Source of the DNA: a virus
Direction: 5' to 3' (one strand)
IMG/VR virus record: IMGVR_UViG_3300042868_005339
DNA: 64,000 bases
Shown in pieces: positions 16,816 to 26,775 of this stretch. A program made the translations under genes and the position numbers. The notes beneath the pieces were generated by a model. The model made no database searches. It saw only the letters and a program-made list of their open reading frames with translations, and was not told the origin of the DNA. Position 1 is the first letter of the stretch. The number at the start of each line of letters is the position of its first letter.

Positions 16816-17994
16816 TTAAGAGCAGGCGGTGTTCACAACCCAGTTTGTTGGGCAGCGACGGAAGCGGAGGATTGCGCCGTATTCAGGAATCACTGGCTGA
16901 GCACCGTAGGCGAACTTGCCACGGAAGAAGCCAATGTTTTCGTCCACGTTGCAAGTGCGGTCATACTTGTTGATCCAGTTGAATCGGCCAAGGTAGTCCT
17001 GAGGAGCGAATTTCATTTCCCCAGCGGAAAGCTGAGAATCAGGAATCGCAAACTTCACAACCTGCTTGGTAGCGATGATCGCATCTTCGTATTGAGCCGT
17101 GAAGTAGGCTGGATTGACGTTCGCAGGATCACCCTTGTTGGTAGCAGGGAGCATGAAGGGAACGCGCACCCAAGCACCACCGACCAGATTCCAGCGAGCA
17201 GCAGCGATGTCGATGGTCATCTTGAAGCCGTTGAGGCTGTCAAAGGAACCAGGGGCATTGTTGAGCGCACGGACCTTTTCGGAGTCCCAACGGATGTTCT
17301 GGATGGTAACACCATCGGTAGCGAGCGTCTGCTGAGCTTCATCGGAGAGGACGAGTGGCAGAAGAGGCTGACCCATCTTGTTGACGGAGAGGCCGTTCTG
17401 AATGTCTGCTCCATTGCGGATGAGGCTGTAGCGGATGTAATCAAGCATCTCACGCTTCAGGGTGCCAATCGTTCCAGTGGCGAACGAAGCGGAGTTGACC
17501 GTAAGGCCAGCATCAGCGACGTACTTGTTGGAGCAGATAGACGTGAACTGATCGCGGCGTTGATTTTCCCACAGGTAGCGGGAGTATCCACGAAGGTTAC
17601 GGATGAAGGCAGCAGCCTGCTGAACGATGTTGTAGCTCATGCGAGCATCTTCAATACAGAAGGGAGGGCTTTCGACAGCCGCAATCTTGAGTTCCATCGA
17701 GCGGCGAGTCTGCGAAGGATAGATTGTGGACACAGGAGGCTGGCAAGAACCGCCTTCGTCACCGCTACCGCCGTCATTGAAGCCGTAGGTGGTGAACGCG
17801 ACATCGGAACCGTACGGCATCGCACGCTCAAAGGTCAGGAAGTTCGGGGTATCGCCCATACCATTGGGCCAGCGGGAACGCGGAACGATAGAGTCGTTCT
17901 GCCAAGGATTGCTGATGAATTGCTTCTCGGAAGGATCATCGACGATTCGATTACTTTCAGACTCCAAGAATTGATTAATATCGGTACAGGCCAT
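16816..17994 (-). CDS. major capsid protein (by position and size)
   Basis: 392 aa, downstream of portal and an acidic coiled-coil scaffold-like gene, and followed by a terminator-like hairpin. No motif proof. Confidence 0.7.
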   Translation of the reverse strand: MACTDINQFLESESNRIVDDPSEKQFISNPWQNDSIVPRSRWPNGMGDTPNFLTFERAMPYGSDVAFTTYGFNDGGSGDEGGSCQPPVSTIYPSQTRRSMELKIAAVESPPFCIEDARMSYNIVQQAAAFIRNLRGYSRYLWENQRRDQFTSICSNKYVADAGLTVNSASFATGTIGTLKREMLDYIRYSLIRNGADIQNGLSVNKMGQPLLPLVLSDEAQQTLATDGVTIQNIRWDSEKVRALNNAPGSFDSLNGFKMTIDIAAARWNLVGGAWVRVPFMLPATNKGDPANVNPAYFTAQYEDAIIATKQVVKFAIPDSQLSAGEMKFAPQDYLGRFNWINKYDRTCNVDENIGFFRGKFAYGAQPVIPEYGAILRFRRCPTNWVVNTACS

Positions 17995-18487
17995 AATCTT
18001 AAGTGAGTTTAGTTGTTTTGCCTATTAGGCGGGTGTTGGAACGGGTTGTTTGTTTGAACAAGAGGATGCCATTGGCTGAATGCCATGACGCTTGTTCTAC
18101 TTCCATTCTTGAGCCTGGAATGCCCCATTGTTGGGTTTGCCCCGTGTAGGGCGCTCAGTCACCATTTCACCTAGAGAGCCTCCTAGGAGCGTTGATACAC
18201 GCTTTTTAGCTCATGGCGATGATGTCACCATAAGCTCAACAGTCAAGATTATTTTACTGAAATTATGCGGAGTAAGGCATTTTATCCCTTTTCTCTCTAT
18301 TTTCCCACCACCACATAGGTCGAAGATTCTTGACGAATCCAAATCCATCTGCGATGTTTTCTCACGCACAAGGTTTTGTTTTCATGTGTCCCTTAGTGCC
18401 AGACGCCGTGGCGAGTTGGTTGCTCCCACGGCGTTGCTCTTTCCGCTTGCAATCTTATACCAATCTAGTTAGTGTTGATGACCGAAT

Positions 18488-18688
18488 ATGACAACTTTGC
18501 AATTCATGTCAGAAAGTCCATTTTTGACCTTCTTTCTTTGCTACATAGTAATCGAAGCAATTTTCAAGATTTGGAATCGCTTCATGAGACATCTTAATAT
18601 CATGAGGCAAGGCTGGCCTCCTCCCCATTGCGATGCCGATGGAGACTTTAAGTATAATTCAAATACTGATAACAAAGACAAGGAATAA
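18488..18688 (+). CDS. small membrane protein (hypothetical)
   Basis: SPFLTFFLCYIVIEAIF is a hydrophobic segment. Lies on the opposite strand, inside the scaffold-capsid gap. Confidence 0.45.
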   Translation: MTTLQFMSESPFLTFFLCYIVIEAIFKIWNRFMRHLNIMRQGWPPPHCDADGDFKYNSNTDNKDKE

Positions 18689-18696
18689 AATATCTC

Positions 18697-18996
18697 ATGA
18701 CAACCCCATCTATCTACATCCGCATTGACCAACTGCCAGTCGGCTCAAACTCTCGCTTCGAGGCTCAAGTTGCCATTGGCGACGACGAAAAAGGCCAAGC
18801 AGCAGGTTTCAAATCGCCTGTATTCGAGTCAGAAGACGAGCATGAGCCATTCGTTGGCATGATGCAGCGAATCACGCAGGCGCTTCTTCAGGTGCGCGAC
18901 TTCAAAAAGAAGGCAACTGTTGAAGACCTTCATATTCTCAACAAGCAAAGTCAGGAGGTTAAACCTGACGATGCCCCGTTGATTATTATGCCGTAA
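18697..18996 (+). CDS. hypothetical acidic protein
   Basis: 99-aa ORF, 8 nt after the previous stop. Confidence 0.5.
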   Translation: MTTPSIYIRIDQLPVGSNSRFEAQVAIGDDEKGQAAGFKSPVFESEDEHEPFVGMMQRITQALLQVRDFKKKATVEDLHILNKQSQEVKPDDAPLIIMP

Positions 18997-18999
18997 GCA

Positions 19000-20160
19000 T
19001 CACCCTTGCCGCTGGTGCGCCTGGAATCGAGCCATAATCGAATCTACGTCGTAGCCAGTAGGCAGGTTATCGCTCGTGCTCACAGGCGTAGAAGTGCTAG
19101 AAGGACGAGGTGAAGCTGCAATGCGCGACTTCAAAGAAGTCTCAAGCTCAGAAATCTTAGCATTCCGTTCGTCAAGCTGACGAAGCAAATGTGGAAGAAT
19201 CACGCTTGCACGCGCTGCTACAGCCATGCTAGCAGGGTCTTTTCTGATCTCAGCCTTTGAGACTGCCTCCATGAGATCTTTGTTATCTTTGAGGAAAGGA
19301 ATCTTCTCTTGGAGCAGCTTATTTGCAGCTTCGGTAGCAGACGAGAATTGCTTGTCTTCATCTTCTTTGGCTCTGCGAGCTTTCTCTTGCTCCATGAATG
19401 AAAGCTCTTGCTTAGCCCTGTCGGCATTCCCAAGCATATCGGATGACTTCCTGAGAAGCGACTGAGTATTGCGGGCATGCTCCATGAGTTCAGCGGCATC
19501 TGTTGGGTGCCAGCCCTCAGTCACTTCGCGCAGCTTTTTACGCTGCTCAATAGGATCACTAATTTCCAAAACGCCTTGAAGCGTCTTTGCATCAACATCA
19601 TTAGCTCCTGCCAGCACTTCAATTGCCTGACCAATAGCGGCAGCAGGTTCGAGGATGGACTCATAGTAGGCGGTGGAGTTCTGGACATCGTGGATAGAGC
19701 GGAACTGCTCATGCTCACCAAGTTTCGACTCCATCTCTGAAATGCGCCTCTCGTACGCGGAAATATCCTTGCCTTCAAACTCGGCAATCTTCTTCCGCAT
19801 CTCTTCGATTTCGAGCATCTTTTCCTGAACGGTCTTGTCCTTTTCAGGGAGCGTGTTCTTCAAGCTGTCGCGCTCTTCTCGAAGCTGCTTCAACTCAGCC
19901 TTCATGTCCTTCCATGTGGAAATGGCTTCTGGAGTAGCCTTCGATCCTTTTGGAAGATCGTTCTCAGTGACTTCTTCGATTTTCTCACCAGGCTCATCGC
20001 GCTTCACATCTTCCTTGGCTGGTTCTGGATCAGTGGGTGCAACTTTATCCTCCACCTTGGCTTCATTCTCTGTCGGAAGGAACGATTGGGCGCGATCCCA
20101 CATCGCTTGAGCTTCTGCTGTTGCGTCGTATTCTGGTGGCTGTGTGTTTTCGGTGTCCAT
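19000..20160 (-). CDS. scaffolding protein candidate
   Basis: 386 aa, Glu/Lys/Ala-rich helical sequence between portal and capsid. Confidence 0.6.
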   Translation of the reverse strand: MDTENTQPPEYDATAEAQAMWDRAQSFLPTENEAKVEDKVAPTDPEPAKEDVKRDEPGEKIEEVTENDLPKGSKATPEAISTWKDMKAELKQLREERDSLKNTLPEKDKTVQEKMLEIEEMRKKIAEFEGKDISAYERRISEMESKLGEHEQFRSIHDVQNSTAYYESILEPAAAIGQAIEVLAGANDVDAKTLQGVLEISDPIEQRKKLREVTEGWHPTDAAELMEHARNTQSLLRKSSDMLGNADRAKQELSFMEQEKARRAKEDEDKQFSSATEAANKLLQEKIPFLKDNKDLMEAVSKAEIRKDPASMAVAARASVILPHLLRQLDERNAKISELETSLKSRIAASPRPSSTSTPVSTSDNLPTGYDVDSIMARFQAHQRQG

Positions 20161-20165
20161 ATATT

Positions 20166-20519
20166 TTACTGATGAGTCTGTTCGAGATATTTTTCGTCAA
20201 TGTGGCTGTACGCTTCAAGAGTGAATGCGTCCATGTGTTGGTTGTCAGCTTGAGGTCTAAATGCCAATGCTTTCAACAATCGCAACGTGCGACGAATGCC
20301 AGCCTGTCCGGCGTGGATCATAGAGATAACCATAGGAGCTTCAGCTTTGTAATCGCGTACAAGGCCAGTCAAAATCGAGTCGTTTGGCTCGGTCTTCTCC
20401 TCAATAATGGCAAGCGCCTCAACCATCACAGGGTCTTTGAGAAGCGTAGCAAGACGCCCAGGACCATCTCCATCTCTGAATTTTTCAAGTCGCGTTTTTT
20501 GTGTATTTGCTGGTATCAT
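20166..20519 (-). CDS. hypothetical protein
   Basis: 117-aa ORF whose start overlaps the portal stop. Confidence 0.6.
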   Translation of the reverse strand: MIPANTQKTRLEKFRDGDGPGRLATLLKDPVMVEALAIIEEKTEPNDSILTGLVRDYKAEAPMVISMIHAGQAGIRRTLRLLKALAFRPQADNQHMDAFTLEAYSHIDEKYLEQTHQ

Positions 20520-22792
20520 AGAGAACTTCTAATCGAGGCTTGCTGCGCTTGGTATGAAGCGCCCTTCAAGGCAATAGCGGCAGCGGCAGCGGTATCTTTC
20601 AGAGCGCGAGCTTGAGCTGCATCAGCTTGGCGCTGTTCCATCTTCATGCGAAACTCTTCAGCGCGTTGATCCATTTTTGCACGCCACTCAGCCATCTTCA
20701 TTTCAATCTCAGACGGTCCTTGATTTTCTTGAGGTTGACCAGATGCCTCCGCCTCCATCGCCTGCTGTTTCTGTAGGTGTCGCGAGCCGTTGACAATGAT
20801 CTCATTAAACTGTTGGAGTTGCTGACGGAATTGAGGTGCTTCTGGACCAGTGAACTGCTCAAGAGTCTGAGCAGCATGATCAAAGATGTTTGACATTGGC
20901 GGAACGATCTGAGCATACATCTCAGGATTCTGACCAGCTTGGTCAAACTGCTGGTAGAACTCAGTCAGCTTGGCAATGTGAGTCTGCAAATGCACGCTCT
21001 TGTTCTCATTTGGCAAGATCGCCTGAGTAGCCCCTTGAGCAAGAATTGCATTCTGAGCATCTGCAATAGCGGCATCAATCGGCGGACGCTGATTAGCTCC
21101 AGCAGGAGTTGTAAGCTCATCAGCCATCTGCCAGCCAGCGATAGCACCAGTGAAGTTGCGGATGAGAGTCTGCTTGCCGTATTCGTCGTAATACGGATAC
21201 ATCGGCATCAGGTTTTCGTATGCCAAGCGACGTGCGGAAGGACTACCAAAACCAATGGAACGACTGGCTCGCGTGTAGCGCAAGTCCATGTTCTTCAGTG
21301 CTTCCTCTGGAATACCATCTTCCAAGCACATTTGACGGAACTGCCACACTTCCTCGCCTCCAGGCTCGCTACGTTGATAACCAGGACGGAAGAATCGACG
21401 GCCAACTTCATTCATCAGACGGTCAAACGGCTGCATGAACAGATTAATGGAAGTCACGGAAAGCTGAGAAGCCATTTCCATGCGAGACATCGCCTCAAAC
21501 TTGGAAAGCTCTCTGCCAGTATCGAGCGTTTTACTGCTCGTGTACTGCGCGATGTTGTTATAGAACGTCTGGCGCAGACTTTGAACGGCAGGCTCAATGT
21601 TCTGGATGATGTTTGGCTGCTGAATCTGAACAAAACTTGCTCCAGGCGTCACAAGGTAACCAAAGCCATACGGAACAATGCGGAAGTTCTCGACGGCTTC
21701 TTCGCTTTCAACCTGCCAGTGTGGGCCAGCGGTTTGAGCTACATCCACTTTCTTGTTTTCCAAACGCATCAACTGCTGGAAGGCATTGAACATGTCGGAG
21801 CCGAGTCCGCGAATACCATGATAGTTGCCGTTGGTGCCGATGCCGCGAGTGAAGAAAGTAAACGCCTCGCTAGCGTTGCGGTAAAGGTGACGACGCTTAA
21901 AGAGGAAGTTTTCAGGAACTCCATCGGTGATCGGATAGCCATTCTCAGCAAACGCATACATGGAGTAGCTGCCGTCAAGCTCTTGAACCCACATGTAGAT
22001 CACCGAGATAGACGGACTCGTCTCGCCATAGGTGATGTCGTTGTCTTTCCAGCGAGCTTCCCACTCCATCCAGTTGAGCATATCGGGAATCTGCTCCGAA
22101 GCGTTCATGATCGCCTTCTTTAGCTGATCGCGATCCCATCCTTGCTCATCAGCAATCTCGCCCATGTTGATGTACTTCATCAAGTCGGCAGGATTTTCCA
22201 GTTTCTTGAGGCATGCGTATTGGATTTCAGCTTCGTTAGCGCGTGTCTGACGAGGAATCTTGAAGTAGGCAAGATTCGTTACGTCCCACTCCCAATTGAG
22301 AGGGTCTTGGAAATAAGCGATGCCAACACCGTGGAGAACCATGTAGTGCGGAATGTAGCTGTACTTGAAGTTGAACTGAGGCCAGCGACGAATGACGCGG
22401 CTCATATTCAGGCTCATCTTCTGCGACCATTCTTGACGCTCTTGTTCGGAACCATACTTAGTGCGAAGGTCAATCAGGCTCTCGGTGCCAGAAATGAGGT
22501 CATAGAACGCAGCAAGAGACGTATCCAGAACAGCCTTAGCATCACCTGGATTGAAGTTGGACATATAGGCCAGACCCTGCTTGGCAAGCTGATTCTGGTC
22601 CAATGGTGGAGCGCCATCAACCATTGCCTGAACCTTTGCCATCTGCTGATTCGATTTCAAATCAGCCTGTTGAAGGCGAAACCAAAGGCTTCGAGCAGCG
22701 CCAACGTCCTTGATTCGTTCGTCAAGGAATTTGCCCCGGTCATCTACGACGGGAGGATTATAAGACTCAAGGGTATTTGTGGAATCAGCCAT
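20516..22792 (-). CDS. portal protein candidate
   Basis: 758 aa, first large gene of the head module, with a Gln/Ala-rich helical C-terminus. Called from position and size only. Confidence 0.7.
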   Translation of the reverse strand: MADSTNTLESYNPPVVDDRGKFLDERIKDVGAARSLWFRLQQADLKSNQQMAKVQAMVDGAPPLDQNQLAKQGLAYMSNFNPGDAKAVLDTSLAAFYDLISGTESLIDLRTKYGSEQERQEWSQKMSLNMSRVIRRWPQFNFKYSYIPHYMVLHGVGIAYFQDPLNWEWDVTNLAYFKIPRQTRANEAEIQYACLKKLENPADLMKYINMGEIADEQGWDRDQLKKAIMNASEQIPDMLNWMEWEARWKDNDITYGETSPSISVIYMWVQELDGSYSMYAFAENGYPITDGVPENFLFKRRHLYRNASEAFTFFTRGIGTNGNYHGIRGLGSDMFNAFQQLMRLENKKVDVAQTAGPHWQVESEEAVENFRIVPYGFGYLVTPGASFVQIQQPNIIQNIEPAVQSLRQTFYNNIAQYTSSKTLDTGRELSKFEAMSRMEMASQLSVTSINLFMQPFDRLMNEVGRRFFRPGYQRSEPGGEEVWQFRQMCLEDGIPEEALKNMDLRYTRASRSIGFGSPSARRLAYENLMPMYPYYDEYGKQTLIRNFTGAIAGWQMADELTTPAGANQRPPIDAAIADAQNAILAQGATQAILPNENKSVHLQTHIAKLTEFYQQFDQAGQNPEMYAQIVPPMSNIFDHAAQTLEQFTGPEAPQFRQQLQQFNEIIVNGSRHLQKQQAMEAEASGQPQENQGPSEIEMKMAEWRAKMDQRAEEFRMKMEQRQADAAQARALKDTAAAAAIALKGASYQAQQASIRSSL

Positions 22793-22794
22793 AA

Positions 22795-23841
22795 TTATGC
22801 GAGGCTAACCCATTTAGGCGGTCCCGCAACCTTCAATCCACTTCCAGTTTCGGAACATGCGGAAACGATTTCTTCGGTCTTGAGTCCAAGCTGCTCTGCA
22901 ATCTTCTTGGCTGTCAGGCGATCCTTACTAGCCTCCACAACTCCTTTGATGCGGAAAGCAAGAAACCCTACAGATGGAAGCTGGCCTTCTTGTCCAGTGA
23001 GGCTTTTAGGTTCTTCAACCACCGTTTTTGGTTCAACCTTATTAGTGTCGGAAGCCTTAGTTGTGATTTTGTCAGCCAAAACCAGTTTCGCGAGACTTCC
23101 ATCTTTGCAGCCGTGAACGACTACTGCGTGACCGTCATAAGGCTTGGCGTGACTCAGGTTCACGTCACCAGAAAGATCATCACAGACAATTTGTCCATTT
23201 TCTACGCGGTAGTTGCCCGTGTTCCAGTTGTGCTGGATTAGAATCGTGTTGTGAGCGTGTGGAACAACCTCATAGCGAAGTCGGATGTCAAAAGGCTCAA
23301 GCGGACCAGCCCAAGGCATAGAGCGGTCAAGTTGACCAATGTTTGGCGAAAGAGCGCCCATAGCATGATGGTAAATGCCAGTGCCAACCATGTGAGGATC
23401 GCCAAATGATGGCTTGAGTGATCCGTCCTGCATGATTGAAAATCCACGGGTTGGAACGATTGCCCCCATGTGAGCCTTACCAGATTCGTGATGCTCACGT
23501 TGGAGCTTACTCAGCCAACCAATTTGAATTGGCGTATTATCCAACTCATAGAAGTACCAAGGTCCAGCGGTATATTTCTCACTTACCGTCTGAGCAACAG
23601 CGCGGAAATGCTTAGCGGCAGCTTCCGTGGCTCCATTGGAGTGGAAGTCGATAATGTGAATGTCTAGGTTGGAGAATAAAGGCTTAATCTGCTCAGCAAA
23701 TACGCGAGCTTCATTTTCAATTTCTAAGCGGGCAAAGATTGCACACTGGAAACCAGCATAAGGACCGAACTTCTTGAAGATTTCCGCCGTATGGGGCAGG
23801 TTTTTGGCGTCACTGGCACTAACAGGAATAGCTAAGAGCAT
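22795..23841 (-). CDS. glycosyltransferase-like protein (uncharacterised fold), C-terminal HTH-like tail
   Basis: N-terminal ~130 aa are paralogous to the N-terminus of the next gene (WYFYELDNTPIQIGWLSKL versus FMWIECDSIPIKKGWLKAI). Confidence 0.4.
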   Translation of the reverse strand: MLLAIPVSASDAKNLPHTAEIFKKFGPYAGFQCAIFARLEIENEARVFAEQIKPLFSNLDIHIIDFHSNGATEAAAKHFRAVAQTVSEKYTAGPWYFYELDNTPIQIGWLSKLQREHHESGKAHMGAIVPTRGFSIMQDGSLKPSFGDPHMVGTGIYHHAMGALSPNIGQLDRSMPWAGPLEPFDIRLRYEVVPHAHNTILIQHNWNTGNYRVENGQIVCDDLSGDVNLSHAKPYDGHAVVVHGCKDGSLAKLVLADKITTKASDTNKVEPKTVVEEPKSLTGQEGQLPSVGFLAFRIKGVVEASKDRLTAKKIAEQLGLKTEEIVSACSETGSGLKVAGPPKWVSLA

Positions 23842-23889
23842 AAGATTTCTTGGTTATAAGGGTTTGATTGAAAGTGGTCAAATAGAATT

Positions 23890-25569
23890 TCAAAGCAAAT
23901 CTCCAATATTTCCACTCGTGAGAGTAAAGATTGGATGATCTGTATAGCCATTCTCACGAAGGGCATCCATTGCAGCAGTCATGTTTGACATGCGCAGATT
24001 GCCACTAAAAGAATTTGGCGCAGCTTTAACGGTGGCTTTAACAACCTCTGCTTCGGCTTGCTCGTGGCTAATTCCAAGTAGCTTGGATACCTTGAATGCC
24101 ACCTTTCTTACGGTGCCTTCTTGAATGCGTGTGCCGCCATGGTCATAGATCCAACCGTATCCACGTCCAACTTTTGGCACAATCGTTGTGTCGAAGTTTG
24201 ACCAATGAATGGCGTTAGACTTGAGACTTTTTGCTGGAATATAAGCTGTGGCTGGAAGCGTTACCGTTCCATCAAAGACATACTGAGCGTTATGCGCCTT
24301 TGGATAAATACAGTCTGGAATTAAAAGTGATCCCTCAAGAATTCGAGGATGCTTCAAGCCTTCTGCAATGGTCATGCAAGAGCTTTGGTTTCCGATAAAT
24401 AACTCACTTCCAGCAATTACCTGCGCCACTTCCAACATATCGTTGGTGATGATGTAGCGCACCTTACCAAAATTATGCTCAAAATCAGCGTGCTCCTGTG
24501 GTAATCCAATGAAGCAAAGTAGTTTCCCATAGTGTTCAACTATCTCTCTCCAAGGGAAATGTGGATTATTGTAGCGAGGGCTACGATTGATAATAATGAA
24601 GTCGTTAAACTTCTTGTTTGGCTCAACCGTAAGCCACGGCTTGCTCATGTCCGGTAGCGTGTCGATGAAATGCGTATCGAGAGCGTGTTGAGCATGGCAA
24701 GTAGCCAGATTGCGTCTTTTGTCATGCCAGCTTGGTCGGAAACCTTCCGATGCCCACACAATAGATTCTCGCTTCCAGATTTTGACAGCGTTGATATATG
24801 GTTGGGATTCGATCAGTGGCCTGATTAAAGGTAGCCTTTCCACGAAGCCTTTAGTTGAACCGTTATCGCGAGCGTAATAATCAAACATCCCACCATGATG
24901 CTTCAATGTTGCTAGGCTCACCACCGCATCCCCCAAATCACCAACTCCAGAGACTCCAATAATCTCATCACGCTTCATGGATGGCATGATGTGGTCGATT
25001 AAACCCTGAGCGTTATCTTTGTGGAAGATCACAGAATCATCTCGCAGAATATGCAAATCACGCGGGAACTCGTGGAGTGTGGCATCGCCCCTAGAATCAT
25101 AGAAGCCATACGAGTGTTGAATCAAATCAGTGAGTCCAATTTGATCTGGAAAATTGGTAGAAATCCACTCATCAAATCCGCCCGTGGTATATCCAACTGG
25201 AGCCTGCTCGTATGCGTCCGGTCCTTGCACGCCAATGCCAGTAAAGTTATCAAACGGTGGATTGCGAGTCTTTGGATAAAGATACGGCTTGCCCTGCTTC
25301 ACATACTCATCAGTGATCGCTTTGAGCCATCCCTTCTTGATTGGAATTGAGTCACACTCAATCCACATAAAAGCCTTACCACGCATCGCTTTAGCGCACT
25401 GCTTGAACGCCAAATTTGCCACTTCTGGATAACGCATGCCAGGAGGGTCTTGAAACGACATCGTAATTACCTCGGTGCCATCTAGCTCTTTCAAATATTG
25501 AACCAAGCGTTCAGCCTGACTTTTTTCGTGAGGCGCTATGTTGAGGACTACCGGGAGTAGTAATGTCAT
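23890..25569 (-). CDS. two-domain glycosyltransferase-like protein (unknown N-domain plus GT9/heptosyltransferase-like domain)
   Basis: GVGDLGDAVVSLATLK...LIESQPYINAV...IIINRSPRYN...DMLEVAQVIAGSELFIGNQSSCMTIAEGL. Start taken at ATG 25569, which overlaps the upstream stop (ATGA). Confidence 0.55.
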   Translation of the reverse strand: MTLLLPVVLNIAPHEKSQAERLVQYLKELDGTEVITMSFQDPPGMRYPEVANLAFKQCAKAMRGKAFMWIECDSIPIKKGWLKAITDEYVKQGKPYLYPKTRNPPFDNFTGIGVQGPDAYEQAPVGYTTGGFDEWISTNFPDQIGLTDLIQHSYGFYDSRGDATLHEFPRDLHILRDDSVIFHKDNAQGLIDHIMPSMKRDEIIGVSGVGDLGDAVVSLATLKHHGGMFDYYARDNGSTKGFVERLPLIRPLIESQPYINAVKIWKRESIVWASEGFRPSWHDKRRNLATCHAQHALDTHFIDTLPDMSKPWLTVEPNKKFNDFIIINRSPRYNNPHFPWREIVEHYGKLLCFIGLPQEHADFEHNFGKVRYIITNDMLEVAQVIAGSELFIGNQSSCMTIAEGLKHPRILEGSLLIPDCIYPKAHNAQYVFDGTVTLPATAYIPAKSLKSNAIHWSNFDTTIVPKVGRGYGWIYDHGGTRIQEGTVRKVAFKVSKLLGISHEQAEAEVVKATVKAAPNSFSGNLRMSNMTAAMDALRENGYTDHPIFTLTSGNIGDLL

Positions 25570-26159
25570 ATTTTCTGGTAAATAATGCAAAGTTGAGCTA
25601 GCCCATTGTGCATAGTCGAGTCAAAATCAGGATCGTTCCACTTGTCCCAATGGAAGCCGTCTAGTTCCATACGCAGATCAACAAGGTGCAATCCAGCATC
25701 TTTTCCCATTTGCACGATGCGCTTGTAGTCGTAGTGATCGTGGTTCATCGGCTTGTCCACGCTAACAATATCCCATGATGTTTTGTGATCTGGATTAAAG
25801 CGTGCTTGATGAGAACTGCCAAAACGGAAGTCGCGGAACTTCTCATAAGCACTATAGAGAGGAACTAGAATGTACACATATCCGCCCTCCTTGAGAACTC
25901 GGCTCCAGTTTTGAAGAGCTACTTCTGGATCGTTCATGTGTTCCAGGCAATGGGCGCTCACTACACAATCAAACGACTTGTCAGCAACACCAGTCAGATA
26001 TTGCGCGTCTCCATCAGGCAAGTCCCAACCTCGAACGGTTGATGGTGGATCAAGTTTGATGGCGTCTGGACCACAGCCAATATCAAGGACTGATCCTTTA
26101 ATAAACTGATAGTCTCCATGCCTGACTCGGCACTTGTGGGATTTGGTCATTTCGTCCAT
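25566..26159 (-). CDS. class I SAM-dependent methyltransferase
   Basis: VLDIGCGPD (motif I) ... DCVVSAHCLEHM ... LKEGGYVYILVP. Confidence 0.75.
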   Translation of the reverse strand: MDEMTKSHKCRVRHGDYQFIKGSVLDIGCGPDAIKLDPPSTVRGWDLPDGDAQYLTGVADKSFDCVVSAHCLEHMNDPEVALQNWSRVLKEGGYVYILVPLYSAYEKFRDFRFGSSHQARFNPDHKTSWDIVSVDKPMNHDHYDYKRIVQMGKDAGLHLVDLRMELDGFHWDKWNDPDFDSTMHNGLAQLCIIYQKI

Positions 26160-26374
26160 ATTGATATATTGAAATTAGTTGCCCGCCGCCGCATCATCCG
26201 TTCCTTCTTATGGATACACGGTAGCCAACATGGGCAATTATGCTTGATGCGCTTTTCGACCACTACTTTCTCGTCGGTAATTACCAATCTGATTTGGCGA
26301 GGTACTTCGGCCAGCACAGGCACGGCGGGCAAATTGTTATTTAACTGCACTGACTTTAGCACCCATGCCAACAC
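26147..26374 (-). CDS. hypothetical small protein (doubtful)
   Basis: The only ORF filling the 26160-26336 gap. Overlaps both neighbours. CPCWLPC motif. Confidence 0.3.
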   Translation of the reverse strand: MLAWVLKSVQLNNNLPAVPVLAEVPRQIRLVITDEKVVVEKRIKHNCPCWLPCIHKKERMMRRRATNFNISIWTK

Positions 26375-26675
26375 GGGTTTTCTCGCGCATCTTGGCCTGA
26401 ACCTTATTACGCCCTAATTCGCTAGCCGTTTTAGGCGTATCGGATGAAACTCGCTTCGTTGGTCGGCAATACTCGTTATCACCACCTGATCCGCAAGGCT
26501 TGCCAGTGCGCTGGTCTTTCCAGTTCTCCTTCTCCCATCGTTTGAGATTGGAGCCAGCTTCGGTCTTGCGAACATTGCCACTTTCCTTGCGGCACTTGGC
26601 AATGGCTTGAGAAGCGCGAGCCGATGGAAACACGTCGTAGCTTGCTTTGACTTTTTTGTAGCAGGAGTCCTTCAT
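26337..26675 (-). CDS. hypothetical basic protein
   Basis: 112 aa. KKVKASYDVFPSARASQAIAKCRK resembles small conserved phage/large-virus proteins (from memory only). Confidence 0.55.
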   Translation of the reverse strand: MKDSCYKKVKASYDVFPSARASQAIAKCRKESGNVRKTEAGSNLKRWEKENWKDQRTGKPCGSGGDNEYCRPTKRVSSDTPKTASELGRNKVQAKMREKTRVGMGAKVSAVK

Positions 26676-26775
26676 GGTAGATTGAGATTATGTTTTCCGA
26701 TTTCAGTCAGGCATTTGACCAATAGAATGCAAAGTAGAATGACTGACATCCACACTGTTTCAGTATTCATGGTGT

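Noticed and set aside
17092-18006. 304-aa plus-strand ORF (plus smaller ones) covering the capsid gene region
   Set aside because: It is antisense to the 392-aa minus-strand ORF, which has a natural protein-like translation and fits the operon. The plus-strand translation is Arg/Gly/Val/Asp-rich with no start context, which is typical of an antisense shadow ORF.
20939-23116. 394-aa and 324-aa plus-strand ORFs opposite the portal gene and the neighbouring gene
   Set aside because: They are shadow ORFs antisense to long, tightly coupled minus-strand genes. Their composition is low in information (Leu/Arg/Ser/His-rich) and there is no operon logic on the plus strand here.
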